Shown: piece by piece, positions 1 through 15,648 of the stretch
How the letters are laid out: the number at the start of each line of letters is the position of its first letter
Numbering within the stretch: position 1 is the first letter of the stretch
Assembly (NCBI GenBank): GCA_964247055.1
Contig: OZ176055.1
Span: forward strand, 7,006,001-7,070,000
Direction: 5' to 3'
Length of the DNA: 64,000 nt
Origin: Paragordius varius
Lineage: Eukaryota > Animalia > Nematomorpha
The notes under the pieces: generated by a model
Told to the model about the DNA's origin: nothing
Database searches by the model: none
What the model saw: the letters and a program-made list of their open reading frames with translations, nothing else
Program-made: the position numbers and the translations under genes

Positions 1-315
1 AATCAAATTTATTATCAAAGTAAGTTTTTATAAAAGTTAAATATTTTTCAACAAAAAATATATATACATTTATCCTATGAAGCGTTTAAATTTATATTTT
101 TTTAAAGATTTGAAAAGGGTTACATTTATATGCTAAATGTCTCAAAAATTTAAAATTAATATCAGTTTCAACTAAAATATTTTTTTAAGGGTCAACATTT
201 ACTTTTGATTTCTGCGGAAAATGTTTCAAATCACTTGGAAATCAATTTTTATTACTAGCAAAACTTTATTTTTTTTCATGCAAGTTATTATCACTGATAA
301 TTTAATTACGTTTAG

Positions 316-3300
316 CATATCCATTCCCCAAAATTAATTCCCATATTAGCCAATTCATTAGTAACTTCGAAATCACGAGAGATACGAAGGTTTTATTTTT
401 TATACCATTATTAAATTTATCAAAAAGATATATCATCTTTTCAAAATTTTTTGAAGCAAACAATTCATTATTTATACTAGTTTATCAGGAAGTTTTTATA
501 CTCATTAATGAAATAAATTTACGTTTTAGAAAAAAAACTTTATTTTTGTTAGTTGTTTGCAATATAAGCATGTCCAACATTTTAAACCAATATTTATATA
601 TATCATTTACAATTCAAATTCACCCTTGAACAATTCAAATTCACCCTCAAACAATTCAAATTCACCTTCAAATAAATTATGTTATTTAATTAAAATTACC
701 GATATTTTTATATATATTTAAAAAATAAAATTCTGTTTAAATATTACTGAAAAAATAATTAATTATGCCATAAAGATATATTTTATATTAATAAATTTAT
801 TTCAAGGGTGAATATGAATTGTTCAAAGGTGAATTTGAACTGTAAATGGTATATATATTTATTTCTCTAGAAATATTTGTGAAATATTCGACCTTATATT
901 GCACACATGGGACACTAGCGTATTGGAAAAACAGGTAACTCTTTTACAGGACGGGATTAAGAGAGGTCTTCAAGATGCTGATGCAGAGGCTAGAGCCTCT
1001 TCTCGAAAGTAATATTTTTGGGAAAATTTATTTTTTTATCAAAGTTATTTAAAATATATATTGTTTTAATATATAGTTTCAATATAATTTAACTATTACA
1101 TATATATATAAATCGGGTTGAACCTTATATATTTTTTTTTGATTTTAACTATTACGATATACCGCTAATTTGTAAATGATTATTTTGACTGATTAACAAT
1201 ATTTTTTTTAACTAATTTTTACACATTATGCTTTTTTTTATTATATTCATTAAGTTCATTTCTACGCTATTTTTCCGATCTAAATCTTGATTCGTTGTTT
1301 TTGAAAAAATATATTTTACGCATTTTTATTTTTTATCATGATTTTGTAAGAAAATATTTCAAATTGATTCCCGATTCGAACTGTATTTTTTTTAAAAAAA
1401 TACATTTTGTAATTTATACATATTCAGGGCTTACTGGGGATTTGCTGATCATTTCAAGGATCATGCCGAAATTTTGATTCAAAGTTTAGATTCTGGGAAA
1501 CAGCGAATGTTGAGAGGCGAAATCTCAAACTCCTCTAGTAACAACTCACTTTACAGGTAAATATTTTCGCAATAATATAAAAAGTAAAAGACATATATAT
1601 TTTTTTCATAATAAAACCATATTTTTTAAAACCTGATTTTATGTAACCTATCGTTTTGGGTTGCGAAATAAGGAATGGAAATGTAAAATGGTTATACACT
1701 CATTTCATATTAAATAATAGTGATTTTAATGATCGGAAAATGTGAATTTTTTAAAAAATAAATAGTTCTTTATATGTTTTATCATTATAAGTTTAAATAT
1801 AGCTGTAAAAGTCCCACTTTTTAAGTATGAAATATCATCTTATATTTTTTTAATTTTTATAAAATAAATTAATTTAGATCTCAAAAGAATGTTCCCAGTT
1901 CTGCATCGGGTCTATCAACCATAAGGGGTACTGCCAAAAGCACAGTTAAAAAATTTCAAAATATGTCCTTGGAAGATATTGCGTATGATTGCATTTTATT
2001 TTGTCATTATTTTATTTTTTATTTGAAATAAAAAATTTTTTTGGATCTAGACGTGGTGCCAGTAAGCAACATATTAATAAACTACGCGCCAACCAGAATT
2101 TTATCACAGAAGATAAAACACTTCAATCCAAGAATGGTATTTTATGTTTTTACAAAAATAATTTTTAATATTTTTTGAGGTTATATATAATTTTGTAAAA
2201 TTGAAATTTTAAGTTAGTATATATTTTTTTATAGAAATAAATTTTATGATCTTAGATTTTATCTATATTACTTAAATAACAATTGTGACATATATATATA
2301 ATTGATGGTACCAATTAACAAATCTATTCCTTATTTTGCAACCTAAAACATAGGATATATTATAAAGCAAAATGTGGTTTACAAAATTTTACTTATTATA
2401 TTAACTTTTAATGTAGGTTCCGCCTTTTTCTTTAACCTGGATGCCGGTGATTCAAATTCCATCGATGGTGTCGATAATAATGCGATCGGGAATGGGAAAG
2501 AATCTAAAACATCTCTGCACCTTTCATCTATGAATAAAAGTTTGATTTCTCTAAGCTTAATTTCCTTTTCATTTTTGCTTTTTTTTCATATGAGACTGTG
2601 TAACAAAAATTAGTTACATAACAAACAGCTTTTTTACGATAGTCTATGATTTTATGAATATTTTTCAGGATCGTTACAATTTTTTACTAAAGTTAATTAT
2701 AAGTTATAATTTTTTAGTCGATTTTATTATTGTGTGCATTTTTTTGAGTAGTTACCCACCCAAGCTTAATTAATCACTTTTTTCAAAATTAGCTCTTTTT
2801 CATTAATTGTAAAAGAACAAACCCTCGCTTTTTTATCATTATTAATATAATTTTTTTTGTTAACAATCGTTCGTTAAGATAATGATTTAAGCATGCCTGC
2901 CAAACAATCTCACTCAAATAATCACCAACAAGTTCAAAATAATGGTGGTGTTAATTCAAATGTCATGCTTTTAAACAGCAAATTGCGTTCAACCAGCGCT
3001 ATAGATGCTTTGGCTGCGGCCCGTGCAAAAGCACGCAAAAATTATGCCTTAATTTCTGCCAATAACGCTAATATTAATAATACCGCTAATGTAAATTTGA
3101 ACTCTTACAATAGTTCGACCACGGGTCTTAATTATCTCAATACCAATGCCTCTGCTCGGAATGTCAGAGCCCGTATTGATACTAACTTGCATGGTATTCA
3201 CATAACATACATATATATAAGATATATTAGCTTTTGGGTTGTGTGTTTTTTGTGGGGTTGAGATGGTGGTGGTTTGTATACGTTTTATGCTATTTGATAT

Positions 3301-6300
3301 CAGTGGGCTTATAAAATTTGCTTTTTAGTTGCCCCATGATTTTTAGGGTAAATAACGTTTAAACAATTGTTTGATGTTTTATAGGTGTTTCTAATAATAA
3401 AAAAATTGCCATCCCTCAATTCGTGTTAACATTACAATATAAAATACTATATAAATTTGATAAAATGGTCAACAACTTTCATATATGCTATAATTGGCGG
3501 TGTTTTAATTTGTTTCACTATTGGAACATTTTTATGCCGACCAATGATATAGTATGACAATTTTTTGTGGTTTTTTAAACGATATTATCCTTTTCAAAAA
3601 GATAGTTGGATTATAATTATATAATATTTTTCTGTTTGGCAAATACTTCAAATTGTGTTTCAATAGGATCTAAAAGTAACATACGAATTCCTGGAAATAA
3701 TCACACTGGGACATCCTCATCGTTTTATGGTTCGACCACGCGATTAAATTCTGTCACTGGTCCTTACAGACCTTTAACCAACAATGGCATGCATTACGCA
3801 TCAAATGCTTTATCTAATCACAAATCATCCTCCATTTCTCAACGTAAGATTTTTTGATTTTTTTGGGGTGTTTTTTAGAAAATTAAATTTATTTCATCAT
3901 ATTATTATAACACATAATTACTACTGTAGTTTTACAAACTTAGGCTATATTTTCATATTGTATAATTTTATTTGTTTGTGCAAAAATATTTTTTTCTATT
4001 TTTTATTGTAATAAATATATTTTTGTGTCAATTTAGCCGGTAGCCGATCAAATTCTCCGACGGGGGGAAGGCGTTTATATAACATGTATGGTTCAATACA
4101 TGTACAAAATTCTGCGGCACATAATAACCCTCATCAATCTGGTATGTACAGATATATATTATTACCTAATATGCAGTAAAAAATATAAATTATAACAAAT
4201 TTTGATTAGCATTATCATATTTTAACTATTTATTAAAGTTGTATCTCTAGTATTTTTTACAGTAATTATAGTTGTGTATCAGATTATTTGTGCACACTGA
4301 TATAATTAGTACTAAAATGAATTTCTTTCTGAAATTTCAAAACTGGTTACTTATTTAATTTTACTATTCCAATAAATATTTTGTTATTTTATAGCAAATA
4401 TAAATTGAAAAAGATAGTCATATAGTACCCTTGATTTTTTTGAATAAATATAACTTATCATTATGGGTTGTAGAATAAGGTATGTAAATAACATGTATCA
4501 TTGTAATCATAAGGATTCTATGGAAAAAATACACGTTTTTTTGTAGAAGATTTGTTTGGTTAGAACCTTTTGTTTTTATAATTAAAGTTTTGCTTGTGTT
4601 AACAACAATTTTTAAAGGATTATTAATAGGGTTGAGTTTTTGATTCTAGTAAATGGTCTCTTATCATCATTCGTGGTCATTTATTTCTATTATAAATAAC
4701 TATTACAATTGTTTTTTAAAAAAATTGTATTTATATAAATTTAATTTTACTATTAGTTTTATCATTTTTTAATTGGTTATTTTGCATATAACAATAATTT
4801 CATTAACAAATTATGGTTACCGATAATCTATTATTAATTGGTTTAACCCAAACCTATTTTAATTGTGAAATCGATATTTCAATTTTTATGGACATATAAA
4901 AATAATTTTTTAATAACAAATTAGGTGTAACAAATTACCCATCACATCAAAAATTTGCGACAGTTGGACGCAAAGCTGGAGTTGGTTTAAGGCAAACCCC
5001 TTCCGCCACCAATGTTAATACCTATTACAATTCTTTAAAAAGTAAGTTTTTTAAGAAAAAGATGTCTTTTTTAAATTAAATTTATTTATTATATTTTATG
5101 CCTTTCTTTTTTACTTATAATATTTTTGGAAAAATTCTAATATATTTTATATTTATTAAAAAGGTTAATGGTTAAAAAATGCTGAATTCCACATCTAATA
5201 CGAAACATATTTAATTCTATATATTTTAATTTTTAGGCCGAAAGAATGGGATGGAATCTGTGCAGCCCAATATGGTAACTTTTGGACTAATAATTATTAC
5301 TTTGAAATATTTGGTTTAAGTATTTTTCCATTATTGTAACCAAATATATTCTTCATTTATTTTAAAATATGTGACATAGGAAATAAACCCGTTTTTAATA
5401 TTTACTGGGATCTTTTGTCTAAAACGCTTACTGTTTTAATTAAGAGCTGAATATTAATATGAATTCATTGTATAATAAAACATTAAGAATATTACACACG
5501 TTACCGAAAAATTTATTTTATTTCCAGGTATATATAGATCCCTGCTGCAAATACAGTATGCATTTTAATGGCTACTTATTTCACACTATAGTTGGGAAAT
5601 TTGCAACACAGGAGTGTATGGTAAAAAGAGAGGAAATAATTGTTTATTCCACATTTTGTATTTTTTCATACACTACTGTGTTGCAAATTGCCCTACTATA
5701 GTGTTGTGAAATAGCAACCATTAAAATGCATACTCTGCATTTCAATTTTTAAACCCTTTTATTTAAAATTTTAACTAATATATTAAATATTGTTTCATAT
5801 GTAAATAGATTCTAACGCAAATATTTATGTACAGCATTCTTTTTATAAAAAATATCACAAATTTTACAAAATTTACCAATTTTTTTCCACATATATTTAT
5901 AGATGCCTAACGCAAACAATTATGGGAATCATAATAATAATCTCCTAGGTGGTTTTGAAGATGAAAATGATATCGAAAGTGTTCATTCTTCAAGTAATAA
6001 CAGTTTTGCTTACACAAGCTCATCTGAGAAATCGTTCCCCCTAAACTCTGCCAACAAAATTAATAATTTTAATTATAACAATCATCACAATATAAAGACG
6101 AACAATACGCCAAATAGATTTGGACAAAATCATTCTAATAATTCGAATTCTAAATTTACATTACAAAGTTGTACACCGCCGTTTCAGAGGTATATAGATA
6201 GAACATTGTTTTTATACATATTTTTTGGGTATTGTTTATTTTTATTAAAACAAATACAATATGCATTTTAATGGATGCTTATTTCACACTATTGTAAGGC

Positions 6301-9300
6301 AATTTGAAACACATAAGTTTATGGGAAAAAAAGAATGGAAATAATTGTTTATTTAACTTTTTGTGGTTTTTTCCATACTACACTACTATGTTGCAAATTG
6401 TCCTACTATAGTGTGAAATAAGCAACCATTAAATTGCATATGTTAGCTAAAATTCATTTTCTTTACCAATTTCAGGTAATTATTATATATTTAAAACATG
6501 CAATCTGGTCTATTTTAAATATATATATATCAAAGTTTATTCATATATTTTCTAGTAAAAATTAATGTTTTTTTTTCTTTTAAATACAATATAAATATTT
6601 TTATTCAAATAATGATATTTATAGAGGTACATCTCCATATTCAAGTCCATTTTCACCGTTTGTTGGAAGTCCGTCTACCATGTTGCATAATAGTGGTCCG
6701 ACTACCGATTTAGTATTCATTTATTTTGCTTACAATAATTTTTATGACTTTGTTTTGTGATAAATTATCTAACAAATAGTTTTTGTTTTTTATATCGTTT
6801 TCAAAAAAATATATATATTTTTTCTGGGTATTTTTTTATTTTAGGCCTCAATATGTTTTTTATATATTTTTATGTTATTCTCGATGGATAGATAAAAAAT
6901 GGTAACGTAAAACAAATTTTAATCATTATATCCACATTTAAATAAGCTCAAATTTTATGCTAACTTTATTATCCATAACTCTTTTATAATCATTTCGAAA
7001 AATATTATTTATATTTTTCCCTAAAAAATTAGGATTCTTCCGACATAATTACACTACTTTCAAGCGTAAATTGGGCCGATCGAAAAGAAGGACTTATTCA
7101 TATTTTGCGATATTTCCGTTCTGGAAACCGTTTAAAGTATTTTCTTATGTTAGCGCAAAATTTATTTTTGAATATTTTAAAATTTTACCGCAATTGGTTT
7201 TTATATCATATTTTTTCCAAATTTGTATAAAATAGACCCAAGGAAATTAAACCTGTGATGGAGAATTTTTCGAAAATGTTTATGGATCCACACTCAAAGG
7301 TAAAAAGAATCTTATACAAATATACTTAAATTTTTTTAAAAGAATTTTGAGTTTTTTAAATAATTTAATATTTTAGGTCTTTAGTATTTTCTTGGATGCT
7401 CTGATCGAATTTATTAACTTCCATGCTGATAGCTTAAATGATTGGTTATACATTCTGTTAACTAAATTATTCACAAAAATGGGCCAAGATTTGCTCACCT
7501 CCATACAAACCAAATGCCAAAAATTATTGGAAGTTATAAGGTTTTAAGTTTTTTTTGATATTTTTATTTTTCAAATTTTATTTAATAAAATCTTTGTGGA
7601 TTTGTTGAATTCCATCAATTATTGATATTAAAAGAAGCTTAAACTGAATTATGTTTTGGAAAATAAAACCTAATTTAATTTAAAATACAATGTGTAAATG
7701 AACCGCTTCATTAATTACAGTATTAAGAATTCGCATTTGAATATTTTTTATATGCCTATTTATCTACCTTTAAATTAACAAATTTATTTAATATTACACA
7801 TCATTTAGAAATTCTTTCCCACCATCCCTACAATTTGATTATCTAGCCAAATTTTTAACTGATCAAACCATGACACCTAATTATAAGGTATTTCGGATTT
7901 TTAATTAAAAAAATTAAATTTCAAACTGTTTTTTCTGATATGATGAATAACCATTTATTTCTTCTGCAAACTGACTAGGTAAAAATTGGAGCTCTACACT
8001 ATTGTACAACCGTGGTCTCCTCCATATCACAATCAGATTTTAATTTATACAATGAATCACATATCAAATTGGTGGATAAGGTATAATACAATATAATTTT
8101 TAATAAAATTATTATTTGTAAAAAAGTCAATATTTAAATTGATTTTATAACCTCCAAACTTCAACATTAAAATAATATTTTTCATGGGACAACAATATTT
8201 TTTATAACTTAAACTTTTTTTAATATAATATTACCGTTTTGGGTTGCAAAGGGATAGAAATGTAAATATTGGTAACAGACTCTATGTGTTACGAATTATT
8301 TTATTCTTTTTAATTGAGGGAAAAAAGATTTACAAAATATGGCTGTTTTTATAAAAAAAAATATATATATATACTGTAAAATGATAATATTATTAATTAT
8401 TTAAACAAAATTTTAAGGTTATAACAATGTGTAATGAACCCAAAAGTGGAGAAATACGGAAATTAGCAACATTCCTTCTCATCGCATTGTGGGAATGTAA
8501 CCCGGCAACATTTACTATGATTTTACAAAAATTGTCAAAGCATCAACATGTAAATCGTTTTTTTTGAAAAAAATGCATTTAAGGATATTTTTAAAATATC
8601 TAGATTAATTTTATGTTTTTTTTGTAAATTTTTGTTTGATTGAGTAAAATAAATTTTTTTTAATAAAAATTTATATTTTCATGTCACAACTTATTTCAAG
8701 TTTTTTTGTAGATTTTTTTAGACAGATAAAATTAAATTTTATGATAGTTTTATATTAAAAATTTTATAGATTTGATATTGATATTTTAATCAGATATGTT
8801 AATAATTATCCAAATTTGTGCATTGGATAAATTTGATTTATATAATATTTTAATTTTTTAAAAAAATAATTATTCTATCAAGTAACTATATACAAAGTTG
8901 TGTTTTACCTCCATAATTAAATATGTTTATTGTTAAAAAAAATTTTTTTTTCTTCTTATTATAGGATTTAGCTATGGCTTTAGTACATCAATATTTCCCA
9001 CCAAATACTGATGATGCCACGTTCGATTCAAACACTTCAGGAATCCTCTCTATGGATAATGGTGATTTGAAATACAATAATAATGGCAGTTATATAGAAA
9101 ACGGGGGGAATAATTTTCAACACAATATTGAAGTCGCCTTCAACGATAATGGACATCAAAATAAGTAATCTTTATTATATTTATAAAATTTGAGTTGTAA
9201 GGGTAAAATATTTGAAACCAATATAGAGCCAAGTTTAAGGCTTGAATATGAAAAATTAGTGTGGAGTACATATGATGTGATACAATGCTTTCCAACAAAT

Positions 9301-12300
9301 ATACTTTTTTAATCTTTAATAATTTATTTATGTTATCAAACGGGTTGGTTCCGTAATTTTTTGTTTATTTACAAAAATTATGTGCCTTAACTGTATACAT
9401 AATATTAATTTTAATATTTTGTATTTAAAGTTCACTGACAAATCATCATCCTTCCAGAGATGGCCAAATATTGACCCCTAATAATTTGACAAATCTTAGC
9501 TTCAATCCTTCCAGTAATAATGTTAATACAAATCAAACATTAAGTACGAATGATATTTCAGTTAATGGCGGTTGTTCCGATTCACGTAAATCTTACGTTT
9601 ATACACCGCATGTTAAAAAATTGATTTTACCATCATATTTTGTCGCCTCTCCTGCCAACAATGTTGCAAATATGAGCAAAATTTGTCTTTATTCAAACAA
9701 TCATTCATCCAATAAATCAAACAACACCCCTATCGCCGCAAATTGTAGCATAAATTTAGATAAAAATATATCATCTTATACTCATAAAAATGTTAATAAT
9801 AATAATAATAACAACAATAGTAATTATATCCATAAAGAACATCCTGAAAATGTTGTTATGCCTATAAAAATGAATAATAATGACTCGTTTGATAGGTATA
9901 ACCTTTTTTAAATATATTTTTGCTAGAAAAGGTGTATAGTATGCACATTTATGTCGGTCAATTGGTTATACAGTAAGCAGTATATGATACAAGAAATAAG
10001 TTCCATAATATAATAAACAAATTGAATGATGTAAGATAGGTCAAAAGTAAATGTTTAATTTTAACCATTTGTTGTTTTTTTCCATACATATACGATGCTG
10101 TCTAAAAATAATGTAAATTTGCGCCAACATAAATGTGCATACCCTAAATAGATTATCTAACTATTTTTTTACCTTATTACTTTTTTTAAAGTTCAATGAC
10201 AATGAAACCTAACATCCCACCTAAACCCAAATTGGGCCAATACAATAATAGCAGCAACACACCCTCACCAAATTATATGGTTCATGATGAATATGGTATA
10301 TAAAATTTATTGAAATACTTACCAATATTATTTAGTGAAATATTTTTTATCTATATATGGATAAATCGTTAAACACATTTTTTATATACATAAATATCAA
10401 ACCAACAAGATTTTAACATAAATAATATGCGAGCGATATAAAAATAACAAGAACACAAAAAGTGATAAATATAGGAGTGTTGTTGGTGGTGTTAAGTCTA
10501 TTTTTAAGTTTATTAGTAAACTGCTGATCGATTTTATGCATAATTGTTAATTTTTTGACAATTTTAGCATTGCTATAAATAATTTTTATTATTAATGTAC
10601 GTGAGTTTTCTTAAATTAATTGAACAAAAATATTGTTTTATTGAAACCATAACTACTTCATATCAATTCTTCACTTATAAATAAATTAATATAAATTGTA
10701 TTAAGAATTTTATTTATTTACTCCATAACAAATCTATATTCATCTTACTTTGCATTTATTTATTAACAGTGCAAATTAGTAAAATACCGGCTTTGAAAAG
10801 GGGTATGTCACCCTTTAACAACGGTGGACAACAACACAGTGATAACTTTCAATCTAATATGAGTATTGATTCTCAACACTCTGTAACCAATACGAATACA
10901 AATTCACCTGGTATAGTTATTTCTTTGTGTTTCTTTTTTATGTTTATTTTATTTTTTTATTACATTTGACTATTATTTATTTATGCGTTCGGTTATTTAA
11001 ATGAAACAAATTTTAAACATTAAAAGTTAACTTGATTTTATTATATTAATATTTAATCATTTACATGTTTATTTGTTTTGAAAACATTTTAATATATTAT
11101 ACTGTTTAATATTATAGCCACAAAAATGTTAGTCATTATGAATGGAAATTGTAATAATGCTAACCTTCAACAGGGTGTAAAACACAATCAATCCCCTCTA
11201 AACTCATTTGTAAGTTGGATTTAAAAATTATTAAATGACCATTTTATGTTAATAAATAAAAACTAAATTTTCAAAATTATTTTTAATTTGCGAATTTTAT
11301 ATTATAGAGATCGCGTGACCCCTTTGATATGTCTATGATAAGTCATCAATTGGAAGATGTGGTTAACGGTATAACATTTTTTTCATATATACTCCAAGTT
11401 ACAATTAAAAAATATTTTGTAATATTTTCATATTTAAATATTCCTATACAAAAAAAAACTTTTATCAAATTTTTATATTACCCAACATAGGCAAAGATCA
11501 TGATTTCCAACAAACGCTAGACAAAAAAATGAGAGTTTTGCAGGATCCAAATGCCGAGTATTTATACCTCGTTTCTTAATAATTTCTCTTATCTTTATTT
11601 TCAAATACAGTTACCCTTAATTTATCAGATAAATAAGAAAAGTTGCAATTTTATATATAATAAATCATATTTTGACCTTGATTTTTTGAAAGAGAAAACC
11701 GATCGTTTTTGAACAGCGAAATAATAAATAAAATGCAATTTGGTGACACACTCGTTTTTTTCTATAAATAAAACGGATAAAAGTTATCGTTTTTTTAATA
11801 AATTATTATTTTTAATTTTTTATTTTGACATTTACAATATCTACAGGCGCAGCGATGTAATACAAGGCCTGGCTTACATAAAGTGCCTTGCCAATTCGAT
11901 TCAAGACAAAATGGTTTGGGAAGATGTTTTTATAAACGTACTTCCTACCCTCTATAATCTTTTACGGAGCTCTAAACCTGATGTAAGAATTTTTTACCAA
12001 TAAACTTTATCCTTTTTTGATAGTTTAATTCAGGGGTGTTTACAAATAACATCGCGGGCCGCATTTGCAAAATATATGGGCATTAACAAATGTTTTTTAG
12101 ATTTTAAACATAAGATTTCTAAAATTTTTATGATTTTTTTTAGTTCATTGCCGAAATTCGAATAGATTTATTTAGAATATTCGTTTAAGATAATCAAATT
12201 TACTTAAATTTTGTATTGTATATAAAATTTTTCGCGGCCTGCATAAATATTTTGCGCGTGTTAGCCACCCCTGGTTTAAAGTAAGGAATTTCTAGTAAAA

Positions 12301-14774
12301 TTTTTAAGACTAAAAGAAATAAGAGATATATATTTTTTGCTCATAATAACAGCCATATAAATATAAAATTGGCATGTATACGGATTATGTTAATACACTC
12401 AATCATATATTTCAAAGTTGTATTATATAAGTAAAAATAATAAAATCAAAGTGTAAAATATGACTCTATGTATGACCAAAAAATATTTGTCCTTTTATTT
12501 ATACGTTTTGTCTTTATTTTCTTTTTTGGCAGTTAATGGATATACTATACCGATTATTTCAATTTAGGATCAAATTAAATGCAATACATTAGCCACATTG
12601 AAAGAATTGGTCAAACAAAATGGTCACTTTTTTTCAAGCGTAATTTTTGAAACGTTAGACGCTCTGTTGGCAGAGCATGTGTGTTGTCCAGATAAAAGTT
12701 CGAAAGAAGTAATTAGTTTTTTTTCTGATAAAAACAATTTGGTATTAATGACAATCTGATATATTTAATCGTTTTTATTTAACTAAGGAAAAAGGGGAAT
12801 ATATTATTGTCTTATTTATATAACTAGCGTTGGGCGCCGGTTGTGGTCTTTATAACCGCTATAAAAAAATATAAGTTAAACTATCCTATGTTTATTAGAA
12901 AACATTTTACAAAACTAGATTAATTATCATCAATACTGTTAAAAACACTAATTAATTTCCTTCTACTAGGTTAAACACGTTTTTCCAATTTTGATCTTTT
13001 GTAAGTTCTGACTATAAAGAGGCCTCTTTTTCCATTAAAAACTTAAACTTAGTTAATCACATGGTTAATTTTATATCTTAAATACTTTTTTTAAAAAAAT
13101 ATTTTTATACCCAATCTTTAGGTTATTAGAATGACAGAAGATGTTGGAACACAATTGGTTAAAGTTTTAAACCCAGATGTTACCGTACCACACATCCTTT
13201 CATTCATAAATGGAAAATATAATCTATGTGCACATGAAAGCCTACAAAATGCCATCAAATTACTCAATCAGGTATAAACATGAATATGTAGCTTTTTGAA
13301 AATATTTTTCTCCTCTGACTAAAATTAAATTTTAATGTGGTAAGAAAATATTCTAATCGTTAAGAGATTATGTTGAGTTTTCATTCCAACCCTTATTTAA
13401 AAAAATAAATTTTTTATTTTCCTAATAGTTTAATATTTTCTTGAAATTAATTTAGAAAAAATACTACTATAATTTAATTATCGAATCGTTATTTATTTTT
13501 CATAACATAATTAACTTTATATAAGTTATATTTATTGCTCCTAATCTCAAAAATTATTTTTGTTAATATTTTTAGATTATCATTACACACTCGGAAGATG
13601 ATTTGCATTTGTACGTTCAAAAATGCGTTTCTGCTCTCATAGTGGTACACATATATTTATTTAAAGCATAAACTAACTTTTTTATGATAATATTAAAGCA
13701 TTTTTTACTAGAATATTGAAATTTCGAAATTAATATTTTATATTGTCACAGAATTGCGATCATGCCGAAAGTTGTGTGAGGAAATGTGCCGTTTTTTGCT
13801 TAGTCAGTCTGTACGTTAAATATGGTGATAGAGTTTTACCCTTATTTGAACCTTTAGCTCCGCAAAAAGTATATTTCTTTTAATATATTTAGTGTTTCTT
13901 TGACATATTTTTTTGCATTAAACAAACATATATCAAACTTTCTGTTTAAATGTTTTATTATTATTATTATTATACCAAACAGGAATACATGTGTATGATT
14001 TGATGAAATAGTTTAAAATGGATATCAGTGGTATATATTTACCATTTTTTCGCAACTGAATTTTAAAATAAGGTTTTCCAGTCCTTTTTCAACAGATCCT
14101 TTAAATTAAGAATGTTAAGTCACAATTATATAGTTACATCTTAAAGTTTTAACGCGGTTAGAGATATTTTCAATTATTTTTATTCAAACAAAAAACCGTT
14201 TTTGACAATATTATTTAAATTTCTCAAATAAGATTATGTATCATTAAGGCCATTTTATGAGTATCAATTAGCAATTATATTAGCAGATAAATATAGTAAA
14301 TATTAAAATTATATAGACATAACCTACCTACGAGCATAAAACAATTATCTCTATACAAAAGAGTGCCATTTGATTATTTTCTACATAAATTATTTAATAA
14401 CAATCATAAAATATATAAATGATTGTGTTACCAATTTACACCTCTATCTCATACTGGGCTGTCCAAAACAATAAGTTATATTGTAAAAAAATCAAGTTTA
14501 AAAAAGTACAGAAGTCTTTTGAAAGAAATATTTGTCTTTATATTTTTACGTTTTGTCTGTATTAATATAAATATTTTTACTAATAACTTTTCATTTGCCC
14601 TCAAAACAGCGCAAAATACTGCAAGTTTACATTAAACGCGTTAATGATCAACGTACAGGAGGACCTGGTACGCTTAATGAAACATCTCACAATATAACTT
14701 TGCTTGGAAATAACAGTAATAATACAGGCACAAAGAATAGCCCATCACATACTCAAACTGCTCCTTTTGTCTGA
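316..14774 (+). CDS. CLASP: CLIP-associating protein (CLASP/Orbit/MAST), multi-exon, 5' end outside window
   Basis: GT-AG exons with consistent phases, e.g. 316-389, 871-1008 and 1428-1556, giving HIHSPKLIPILANSLVTSKSREIRRNICEIFDLILHTWDT..GLQDADAEARASSRKAYWGFADHF (end of TOG2). From 7033, TOG3: VNWADRKEGL..FSKMFMDPHSKVFSIFLDAL..DWLYILLTKLF..DQTMTPNYKVK..EPKSGEIRK. C-terminal CLIP-ID: ESCVRKCAVFCLV..QKRKILQVYIKR. Stop TGA at 14772-14774. Confidence 0.95.
603..849. mobile_element. MITE, CCATTT-terminus family A (21-bp subterminal repeats), in CLASP intron
   Basis: TATA|tCATTTAC...GTAAATGG|TATA ends; 3 left and 2 right copies of GAACAATTCAAATTCACCCTT in inverted orientation. Confidence 0.85.
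5554..5737. mobile_element. Short TA-flanked MITE (CAGTATGCATTTTAATGG ends), copy 1
   Basis: Inverted ends cagtatgcattttaatgg..tatttcacactatagt / actatagtg..tgaaatagcaaccattaaaatgcatac; second copy at about 6257-6443 and a diverged relative near 9937-10145. Confidence 0.75.
6257..6443. mobile_element. Short TA-flanked MITE, copy 2
   Basis: Collinear similarity to 5554-5737 including both inverted ends. Confidence 0.7.
12031..12273. mobile_element. hAT (Buster/Charlie-type) MITE in CLASP intron
   Basis: TIR CAGGGGTG...CACCCCTG, subterminal GCGGGCCGC/GCGGCCTGC, imperfect 8-bp TSD gtttaatt/gtttaaag. Confidence 0.85.
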
Positions 14775-15648
14775 CAAACGAAAAAAAAGGATGATTTTTC
14801 GCTTAGTTTTGCATAATTGTTTGATGACTGAAAATTAAAGTTTTGATAATACAAATTTAGAAAAAAAATATAATAGTTAATTTATTTTAATTTTATACGC
14901 CGATATAAATTTTTAGCCAAGCACAAAAGTTGTAAGTAGTAAGCCTTTTTAATCTCTCCTATTATTTTGCCGACACTTTAGGGCAAATTGAGTTTGACAC
15001 AAACAAATGAAAACAATTAAGCTTTTTTTATATACATCCCCGCCCCCCACAGAATATTACCATCATAAATATGGGTAATGCTTTGAAATAATTGAGTAAT
15101 AATGTTATTTATATTTTTAATGTTGTGCATATTTTTTATTGCGCCGCGCCGTTTGATACCGCTTTTCAAATTCTTTTTACGCAGGCATGTTGTCTAAAAA
15201 AGCCTTATTTACTGAGTCGTAAAATATTTTTACCATAAAAATTTGTAGTTTCATTCATTTTAATGTCATTTCATGTAGCAATGCATATTACGCATATATT
15301 ATCGAATGTATTTGATATTTAAATATTTTTTTATGACCAGCCACATCCAATTATGTATTAATTTGGGAAATATTTTCCGAAATTAGCATTATAAGTGATA
15401 GATTGATCACAAATATCTTTTCTCACAGCAGTGTATTTTCATAATTTATCATTATTGTTTTAATTTGATTTAGATTTAAATCCATGTAGTATGCGTGTCT
15501 TTTTTATATATTAATGATATATTTATATTTCAATTTGTATACTTTTCTATATATTATATATTTCCTACTTAATAAAGCTACTTTTGATTAAAATAATAAA
15601 TAAATATATTACAACCAATTGAGGCTAAGTTATTTAGAATAATATATA

